Source of the DNA: an uncultured Gemmatimonadales bacterium
GTDB lineage: Bacteria > Gemmatimonadota > Gemmatimonadetes > Gemmatimonadales > GWC2-71-9
Assembly (NCBI GenBank): GCA_963771275.1
Contig: CAVYSW010000010.1
Coordinates: 192,001-256,000, forward strand
DNA length: 64,000 nt
Direction of reading: 5' to 3'
Positions 55,769 through 64,000 of the stretch are shown here, in pieces. The number at the start of each line of letters is the position of its first letter. Positions within the stretch are counted from its first letter, which is position 1. The notes under the pieces were generated by a model that saw only the letters and a list, made by a program, of their open reading frames with translations, made no database searches and was not told where the DNA came from. Position numbers and translations under genes: made by a program.

Positions 55769-56848
55769 GTGGTGACCATGTCAACGCACACGTCGAACGG
55801 CCGCGCCTGGGTCGAGGTCGACCTCGCCAATCTGATCGGGAACGCGCGTGCCGTGCTCGATCAGGCTCCCGGATCCCGGCTGCTGCCCATGGTGAAGGCG
55901 GATGCCTACGGGGTGGGGGCGGTGATGTGCGCCCGGGCCCTCGAGCGGACCGACCCCTGGGGGTTTGGCGTCGCCACGGTTTCGGAGGCCATCCAGCTCC
56001 GCCAGGCGGGGATCGGGCGGCCGATCCTGGTATTCACACCGGCCCAGCCCGCGCAGCTCGACACCTACCGCGAGCATGACCTTCGCGCGGTCCTCGACCG
56101 ACCGGAGCTCATCAGCATCTGGACCCTGCCGTTCCACCTCGAGATCGACACGGGCATGGCGCGGTGCGGGGTGCGGTGGGACGATAGCGCGGCGTTGGCG
56201 CGGTGCGCCTCGCCGCAGCTCGAAGGGGTGTTCACCCATCTGTACGCCGCGGATGCCGATCCGACGAGCGTCGCCCCGCAGTGGAAGCGGTTCACCGAGG
56301 CCCGGCGCCGGTTGGGCATGTCGCCGCGCCTCGTGCACGTGGCGAACAGCGCCGGCGCCTGGCGCCTGCGCCAGGAGCTCGCCCTCGTGCGCCCGGGGAT
56401 CTACCTGTACGGTGGGCGGATGGCACCCGACCTACCGTCGCCGCTGCCGGTGGCGACACTCCGCGCTCCGGTGGTGAGCCTCCGGCGGGTGGGCGCCGGT
56501 GACTCGGTGAGCTACGGGGGTGACTGGCGCGCCTCCCATCCCACCACCGTGGCCACGCTCGGCGTCGGATATGCCGACGGGGTTCCCCGTGCCGTGCAGG
56601 GGCGGGCTCACACGCTGCTCGGCGGACGGCGCCACCCCATCGTCGGCCGCGTGACCATGGATTTCGTGATGGTGGATCTCGGACCGGCGCCGCCGCCCGT
56701 GGCGGTCGGCGACGTTGCCACGCTGATCGGGCGTGACGGCGATGACGCGATCACCCTGGACGAGTTCGCCGGCTGGGCTGGCAGTATCTCCTACGAGGTG
56801 CTCGCCCGACTGGGAGCGCGCGTGGAGCGCCGGTACGGCGGGGGCTAG
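55769..56848 (+). CDS. alr: Alanine racemase (start GTG 55769/55772 or ATG 55778)
   Basis: AWVEVDL, VKADAYG (PLP Lys), DTGM.R.G, ANSA, VRPGI.LYG, VSYG, GYADG, GRV.MD, ISYE. Confidence 0.95.
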   Translation: MVTMSTHTSNGRAWVEVDLANLIGNARAVLDQAPGSRLLPMVKADAYGVGAVMCARALERTDPWGFGVATVSEAIQLRQAGIGRPILVFTPAQPAQLDTYREHDLRAVLDRPELISIWTLPFHLEIDTGMARCGVRWDDSAALARCASPQLEGVFTHLYAADADPTSVAPQWKRFTEARRRLGMSPRLVHVANSAGAWRLRQELALVRPGIYLYGGRMAPDLPSPLPVATLRAPVVSLRRVGAGDSVSYGGDWRASHPTTVATLGVGYADGVPRAVQGRAHTLLGGRRHPIVGRVTMDFVMVDLGPAPPPVAVGDVATLIGRDGDDAITLDEFAGWAGSISYEVLARLGARVERRYGGG

Positions 56849-57111
56849 CGGGGCACAGCCGGAGTGCTGCGGGGTTCTACGGGGGGCCGCCGCCAGACGA
56901 CGCGACTGGTCGCTCGCCGGGCCCCTGAGCGAGGTCGGATGGCGACCACGATCCCGCGAGGCCGGGCCCGCCGCGCGGGAGAAGGCGCCCGATGCGGGGC
57001 GCGGCGCCGGCATCCAGGCGATGACCCACGGAACGGCGCAGTGCGGCGAGCGGGCCGGTTATCTTAGGATCAGTCGGGGAGCCGGGACTTCATTCCCGGA
57101 ACGAGCGTGCC

Positions 57112-57501
57112 GTGGATGACGCGCTGATCGCCGCCGCCCGTGCGGCGCAGGCCAACGCGCACGCCCCGTACAGCGATTTTCGCGTTGGGGCGGCGTTGCA
57201 GGTCGACGACGGGCGCGTGTTCCTCGGCGCGAACGTCGAGAACGCGTCGTTCGGCCTCACCATCTGCGCGGAGCGCGTGGCCGTCGCGTGCGCGATCACG
57301 GCCGGGGCGCGGCGGTTTACCCGCCTGGTCGTGGTGACCGACGCCGACCCGCCCGCGGCGCCGTGTGGTGCCTGCCGCCAGGTGCTCGCGGAGTTCGGCG
57401 ACGGGTTGCTGGTCGAAGCGGTCGGGCCGCGCGGGCGGCGCGCGTGGCGATTGGACGAGCTGTTGCCGGACCGTTTCGGCCCGGCCGATCTGGGTCGGTG
57501 A
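57112..57501 (+). CDS. cdd: Cytidine deaminase (homotetrameric type)
   Basis: APYS.F.VGAAL, G.NVENAS, ICAER, PCGACRQ, ELLP..F. Confidence 0.95.
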   Translation: MDDALIAAARAAQANAHAPYSDFRVGAALQVDDGRVFLGANVENASFGLTICAERVAVACAITAGARRFTRLVVVTDADPPAAPCGACRQVLAEFGDGLLVEAVGPRGRRAWRLDELLPDRFGPADLGR

Positions 57502-57512
57502 AAGGAAGGCAC

Positions 57513-58766
57513 GTGGAGCGAGGGGCGCGGAGCGGGACGGTGGGGGTGGCGGCGGCAGCGGTCGGTGTGGTCGTCGTGGCGCTGCTGGCGGCGTGCGGCG
57601 AGGACCTGCTCGCGCCCGGCAACGGCACGTGCCCGGCGTACTGTCCTCCGGAGCGCGTCAGCGCGATCGACTCGATTCTGGCGGACAACATCGAGCGGGA
57701 CACCGCGGTCGTCGGCTACGTGCTGCCGTACGAGGCGGGCGGCCTGCAGCTCGTGAGCGATTCCACCGCCCCGGTGCTGAAGGAGAGCCGAGGGGTCTTC
57801 CGCTTCCTGCCGTTCCCCGACAGCGTGCTGCTCAATGCGGGTGACACGGTTCCCGTTCCCGTGGCCCAGGTGGACTCCTTTTCCCTGCAATTCGCCGTCC
57901 GTGACCGCTCCCTGCTGCAAACGGGTCTCGCGCTGGTGGTGTACCGCCTCCCGGTGACGGTGGATTCGACGACGTCGTTCGCGGACCTGGATCCCTACTT
58001 CGCGGATTCGGCCCAGATCGCGGTCATCCCGGTGGGGGACTCCGTGATCGACGCCACGGTGACGGTGCGGCTCGATCCGGGCGTGTTCCCCACGTTCGAC
58101 CAGGACGGGCGTCAGGCGGCGGTCGGGGTGCTGTTGCGCGCCCCGACGGGCGGGGTCCTCGTGCTCGGGGCGGTGGATGGGAACGACGGGGCCGTGCTGC
58201 AGCGGTACCTGCAGGTCGATTCGGCGGGCACCGGCGTGGCGCGCTCGGACGGCAAGCTGCCGGCATTCGACACGTTCGTGGCGCCGCCCCGGGCGGAGCC
58301 CGGCCCGGGCATCCTGCGCGTCGGCGGCGCTCCGTCGGCCCGGGCGCTGCTGCGGGTGAATCTGCCGCCGAGGATCGCCGACTCCTCCACCATCGTGCGG
58401 GCCACGCTGCTGCTGCTGCCCGCGGCACCGGTGTTCGGTGCCCCGGGGGATTCCCTGCGGATCATCGCGGCGGGCGTCGGGGTGGACGTCGGCGCGAAGT
58501 CTCCCGTCCTCGGGGTGTCCAGCGACTCGGTGGCCCGCCTCTTGGCGACGCTCCCACCCGGGTACACCGACACGGTGCGACTCGACGTCACGACCCTCGT
58601 GGTCGGGTGGGCCGCGGACTCGACCCGGCCGCGGACCCTCGTGCTGCGGGCCATCCCCGAGGGCAACGGCTTCGCCGAGCTGTGGTTCGGCTCGAGCGCG
58701 TCGGGCGCGATGCGGCCGCGACTCGAGGTCACCTTCGTCCCGCCGATCACGCTCGGAGGCCGGTAG
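57513..58766 (+). CDS. Hypothetical beta-rich lipoprotein
   Basis: AAGGAAGG SD before GTG 57513; lipobox LLAAC; C-terminal P.LEVTF strand. Confidence 0.7.
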   Translation: MERGARSGTVGVAAAAVGVVVVALLAACGEDLLAPGNGTCPAYCPPERVSAIDSILADNIERDTAVVGYVLPYEAGGLQLVSDSTAPVLKESRGVFRFLPFPDSVLLNAGDTVPVPVAQVDSFSLQFAVRDRSLLQTGLALVVYRLPVTVDSTTSFADLDPYFADSAQIAVIPVGDSVIDATVTVRLDPGVFPTFDQDGRQAAVGVLLRAPTGGVLVLGAVDGNDGAVLQRYLQVDSAGTGVARSDGKLPAFDTFVAPPRAEPGPGILRVGGAPSARALLRVNLPPRIADSSTIVRATLLLLPAAPVFGAPGDSLRIIAAGVGVDVGAKSPVLGVSSDSVARLLATLPPGYTDTVRLDVTTLVVGWAADSTRPRTLVLRAIPEGNGFAELWFGSSASGAMRPRLEVTFVPPITLGGR

Positions 58767-59902
58767 TGCGCGCTCCCCTGCTCGTTCTGGCGGTCGGCGC
58801 GGCGCTGGCGGTCGGGGTGCCGGATCTCGCCGCCCAGAACTCGGTCTACGGCATCCGCGGCCTGGGTTTTCCCAGCCGGTCGGTCAGCGTGCCGGGGCGC
58901 GCCTTGGGTGGCGGCACGGCGGCGTTCGACTTCGCGTCGCCGATCAACCCGGCGGCGGTCGCCGGCTTCCAGCAAGTCGTCGCCCTCGCGATGTCGAGCA
59001 CGGATTTCCGGCGCTACTCGATCGACACGGTCGCGGTGACCGGTCGCCACGCCACGCGGTTCCCCCTCGTGCTCGTCGGCGGGCGCGCGGGGCACCTGCC
59101 GATCGGCTACGCGGTGAGCTTCACGTCGTACACCGAGCGGTCGTACGACATCACGCTGACGGACACGATCTCGCTGCGCAACCAGCCGGTGCAGGTCACC
59201 GATCACATGATCTCGCGGGGCGGTACCACCGACCTGCGGTTCGCGCTCGGCTGGCAGGCCGGGAGCCGGCTCCGCGTGGGGGCCGCGCTGCACGTGATCT
59301 CCGGGTCGGCCAAGCTCGCCCTGCGGCGCGAGTTCTCGGACAGCGCCTACCGGCCGTTCATCCGCACCAATGACGAGCGGGCGGACGGGATGGGCATCTC
59401 CGCGGGACTGGTCTGGACGCCGGACGATCGCGTGGCGATCGGGCTCGCGGGCCGGACCGACACCAGGGCGAACCTCAAGGTGGATTCCGTGCCCTCCGGG
59501 GCCATCGACCTGCCGGTGTCCCTCGTCGCCGGTGTTCAGCTCGTGCCGCACCGGGCGGTCCGCTGGAGCACCACGGCGACGTGGCGGTCGTGGTCACAGG
59601 CGCAGGGGGACCTCGTCGCCCACGCCTTCGACACGTGGGAGGTGGGCAGCGGCATCGAGCTGGGCGGCCCCGAATCCGGCGCGTCGCGCATTCCCCTGCG
59701 CCTGGGCGTTCGCTACGCCACGTTGGCGTTCTCCCCAACCGATCAGCAGCCCCACGAGCTCGAGTTTGCGCTCGGCTCGGGGATCGTGTTTGCCGACCGG
59801 CGCGGCGTCATCGACCTCGCGCTGGAGCGGGTGCTGCGCGATGGGGCGGGCGCCAGCGAGCGGGCGTGGCAGCTGTCGGTGATGATGACCGTTCGGCCGT
59901 GA
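58766..59902 (+). CDS. Outer-membrane beta-barrel, FadL/OmpP1/PorV-like
   Basis: Signal peptide ending LAA-Q; N-terminal S.YG..GLG...ALGG...NPAA plug motif; amphipathic strands; LRLG.RY. Confidence 0.7.
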   Translation: MRAPLLVLAVGAALAVGVPDLAAQNSVYGIRGLGFPSRSVSVPGRALGGGTAAFDFASPINPAAVAGFQQVVALAMSSTDFRRYSIDTVAVTGRHATRFPLVLVGGRAGHLPIGYAVSFTSYTERSYDITLTDTISLRNQPVQVTDHMISRGGTTDLRFALGWQAGSRLRVGAALHVISGSAKLALRREFSDSAYRPFIRTNDERADGMGISAGLVWTPDDRVAIGLAGRTDTRANLKVDSVPSGAIDLPVSLVAGVQLVPHRAVRWSTTATWRSWSQAQGDLVAHAFDTWEVGSGIELGGPESGASRIPLRLGVRYATLAFSPTDQQPHELEFALGSGIVFADRRGVIDLALERVLRDGAGASERAWQLSVMMTVRP

Positions 59903-61151
59903 CGCGCGTCTACCTCCACACGTTCGGCTGCAAGGCCAACCAGTACGACAGCGAAGTGGTCCGCCAGGCGCTCGCGGCCGCGGGCGCGAGCACAGTGGAC
60001 GATCCGCGGCACGCCGACGCCGCCGTGGTGAATTCGTGCACCGTCACGCACACCGGCGAGGCCAAGATGCGCGGTCTGGTGCGGCGGCTCGCCCGGCGGC
60101 GTCCGGGGATCCGCACGGTGGTCATGGGCTGCGCCGCGGCGGTGGATGACGGCGCCATCGCGGCGCTGCCCGGGGTGACGGGCGTGGTGGCGGGCGCGGA
60201 CGCCGCGGCGGTGCTCGCGGCCCTGGCCCTCCCGCCGGCGCCGGCCGAGCGCCTGCTGCGGACGTTCGATCGGGGAAGCCGCGCGTGGCTCAAGGTCCAG
60301 GACGGCTGCGACGAGCACTGTACGTTCTGCGCGACCGTGATCGCCCGCGGCGCGAACCGGTCGCGGCCGGTCGACGACCTGGTGGCGGAGGCCACGCTCC
60401 TGTCACGTCACGCGCGAGAAATCGTGCTGACGGGTGTGCACCTCGGCGCCTACGGACGCGATCTCCCCGGCGCGTGCTCGCTGGGGGCGCTCGTCGCGGC
60501 GCTCGTCAGGGCGGTCCCGGTGGTCCGCTTCCGGCTCTCGTCGGTCGAGGCCACCGAGATCGACGACCGGCTCGAGGACCTGATGGCGACCCGGCCGGAC
60601 CGCCTGGCGCCCCACGTCCACGCCCCGCTGCAGAGCGGCTCCGATACGGTGCTCAAGCGCATGGGACGGCATTGGTACACCAGTGGCGCGTACCGGCGCC
60701 GGATCGAGACGCTCGCTGCGCGGCTCCCCGTGCTCGGTCTTGGGGCCGACGTGATCGTGGGCTTCCCGGGCGAGACCGACGCGGACCATCAGGCCACCCG
60801 GGCGCTGGTTGCCGACCTCCCGTTCACCTACCTGCACGTGTTCCCCTACTCCGAACGACCCGATGCGTCCGCGCGCCGGCTGGGTCCCCCGGTCGCGCCA
60901 GAGGTCGTGCGGACCCGCAGCGCCGAGCTCCGCGCGTTGGCCTCCGCCGCCGGCGACGCGCACGCCGCCCGGCGCCACGGCGGGATCGCGGACGCCGTGC
61001 TGCTCGATCGCCGCCGCGGGCGGTTCACGGCGCTGACGGAGGACTACCTCACGGTCCGCGTCGCGCCGACCGGCGACGGGCCGCCACCGGCGCGCTTCCG
61101 GGCGCGCCTGACCCGCGGCGGCGACGGCGTCGCCGCCGTGCCGACGGCGTC

Positions 61152-61155
<4 letters not shown>
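59899..61155 (+). CDS. mtaB: tRNA t6A methylthiotransferase MtaB-like radical SAM
   Basis: T.GCKANQYDS, NSCTVT, GC; KVQDGCDEHCTFC; LTGVHLG.YG; D.IVGFPGET; HVFPYS.R. Confidence 0.85.
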
Positions 61156-62470
<1,315 letters not shown>

Positions 62471-62474
<4 letters not shown>

Positions 62475-62761
62475 GGAACCTCAACGAAGACGTCGTCGCG
62501 CGCGAGTACGAGCGCCTGCGTCCCACGTTCCCGGATTTCTGCGGGTGCGAGACCTGCCGGGACGACGTCATGGTCTTCGCCCTGAACCGCGTGAAACCCC
62601 ACTACGTCACCCAGCGTCGCGGGGCGGTGCTCGCGCGCGTGCGGATGGAGCGCGATCAGGAAGTGGCGGACATGTCGGTGGCCCTCGTGGAGGGTTTCCG
62701 GCGGGTCCACGAGTCACCGCGGCCGGACCACGATCGACCGGCGGGCCCGCCCGACGGCTGA
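62471..62761 (+). CDS. comFB: ComFB-family protein (Zn-binding, cyclic-dinucleotide receptor family); start uncertain
   Basis: N..E..V, C.C..C..DV...ALN...P.YV, V..SPR pattern. Confidence 0.8.
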
Positions 62762-62776
62762 GTTAGGTGGGCGGCT

Positions 62777-64000
62777 GTGCCGCCCGTCGCCCAATTCACC
62801 ATGGCCTACGCGGCCGGCCTGTGGGCCGGCCGCATCGCTTTCCTGCCGGTCGCGCTGCTCGCGACCGGTGCCATCGCGATCGCGCTGCGGGGGCGCCGGG
62901 CGCCCTGGCGTGCGGTGTTGGCGGCCACGGTCCTGGCCGGCGCCGTGCGCGGTGGCGTGGCCCGCCGGGCAGACGCCGCGACGTGCGCGGCGACCTGGGC
63001 GCCCGGGCGCCACGCCGCCCTCCTCCGCCTCGACGACGCCCCGGACGCGCGCGGCCTGACGCGCGGCGACGTGCTGCACGCGCCCGAAGGGTGCGGCGGC
63101 GCCCTGATGGTGCGCCTGGGCGCCGCGGTGCCGTCGGGGGCGACGCTGCTGATCGTCGGCCGGTACCAGGCGCCGGGGGCGCTCCGCGTCGAGCGCTACC
63201 GCATGCTGCGCCGGCGGCGACCGCTGCAGTTTGTGCTGCGGGACGCCGCGTCCGCCCGGATCGCGCACCTCTACGGACCGCGAGCACCGCTCGTCGACGC
63301 GCTGGTGACGGGACGGCGCGGCGGAATCGACGCGTCGCTCCGCGCGGATTTCGCCGCCAGCGGCTTGGCGCACCTCCTGTCGATCTCCGGTCTGCACGTT
63401 GGGATCGCCGCCGCCTGGCTGGTGATGCTGCTCCGAATCGGTGGACTGCGTCGCTGGCTCTGGCCGGTGGCCGCGGTCACGACGTGGGCCTACGTGGCGT
63501 TCCTGGGCTTCCCGGCGCCGGCCGTACGGTCGGCCGGGTTCATTACGGTGCACGCGCTGGCGCGCGCGCGGCAGCGCCATCCTCCCGGAAGCGCGGTGCT
63601 GGCGGCGGGTGCGTTGATGGTGCTCGCGCTGGATCCGGATGCCGTGACGGCCGTCGGGGCGTGGCTCTCGTTCGCCGCGGTGTGGGGGACGGGCGCGGCG
63701 ATCGCGGTCCTGCCGCTCGCGCGGCGCCGTGGCGTGTGGTCGCTGGTCGCGGCCTCCGCAGGGGCGACGGTCGCGACCGCGCCGATCACGGCGCTCACGT
63801 TCGGCGCCGTGGCCCCGATTGGCGTGCTGGCGAATCTCGCCGCCGTGCCTGCGGCCGGGATCGCCGTCCCCGGGGTGTTCGCGAGCCTGATCGTCGGCGG
63901 CCCCCTCGCGGGCGGCGCGGGCCTGGTGCTCGCGGCGATCGAGCGGATCGCCGCGATCGCAGCCGCCGTGCCGTTCGGCCATGTCCAGGGTGCTCCCGGG
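62777..64000 (+). CDS. comEC: DNA uptake channel ComEC/Rec2, N-terminal part (runs off the window)
   Basis: Open frame from GTG 62777 (not in the ORF track because it has no stop): F..SGLAHLLSISGLHV, P.VRS, G.WLSFAA, LANL.AVP. Confidence 0.88.
   Translation, partial: MPPVAQFTMAYAAGLWAGRIAFLPVALLATGAIAIALRGRRAPWRAVLAATVLAGAVRGGVARRADAATCAATWAPGRHAALLRLDDAPDARGLTRGDVLHAPEGCGGALMVRLGAAVPSGATLLIVGRYQAPGALRVERYRMLRRRRPLQFVLRDAASARIAHLYGPRAPLVDALVTGRRGGIDASLRADFAASGLAHLLSISGLHVGIAAAWLVMLLRIGGLRRWLWPVAAVTTWAYVAFLGFPAPAVRSAGFITVHALARARQRHPPGSAVLAAGALMVLALDPDAVTAVGAWLSFAAVWGTGAAIAVLPLARRRGVWSLVAASAGATVATAPITALTFGAVAPIGVLANLAAVPAAGIAVPGVFASLIVGGPLAGGAGLVLAAIERIAAIAAAVPFGHVQGAPG

Noticed and set aside
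62714..63982. 422-aa minus-strand ORF at the window end
   Set aside because: Shadow of plus-strand comEC, which carries the HLLSISGLHV motif.

Overview
A very GC-rich, gene-dense bacterial chromosome segment, almost all on the + strand. Gene content and order suggest Gemmatimonadota (inference, not searched). Five blocks: (1) housekeeping run: DUF2723-like (partial)-yggS-divIVA-ileS (type 2, GIHH motif)-TraR/DksA-lspA-rluA family. (2) Directly behind it, a ~17-18 kb signalling locus. A chemosensory core (3x CheW, CheY, CheA, CheC, CheR, CheD, CheB, no chemoreceptor) is interleaved with an MglA GTPase, three roadblock/MglB-type proteins, TPR proteins, two DUF4388 proteins carrying MshEN-like c-di-GMP motifs, and a protein made of two tandem DnaA-type AAA+ domains with no DNA-binding domain. 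This is the best candidate for an undescribed system. (3) tRNA-Val(TAC), a secreted helical-repeat protein, tRNA-Asp(GTC), then the dcw cluster (rsmH to ftsZ, without mraZ, murB or ddl), an M23 peptidase, a HisA-like gene, ftsY and recG. (4) A small accessory patch (lipoprotein, DinB, arsR-arsM with a clear operator), then PCD, a beta-propeller protein, asnS, mazG and alr. (5) cdd, a lipoprotein, a FadL-like barrel, mtaB, miaB, comFB and partial comEC. Smaller signals: several near-leaderless sigma70 promoters, three likely non-canonical start codons overlapping upstream stops, and a shared G-rich in-frame repeat in recG and mazG. No mobile elements or CRISPR were seen. All family calls come from motif recognition by eye; no database searches were run.
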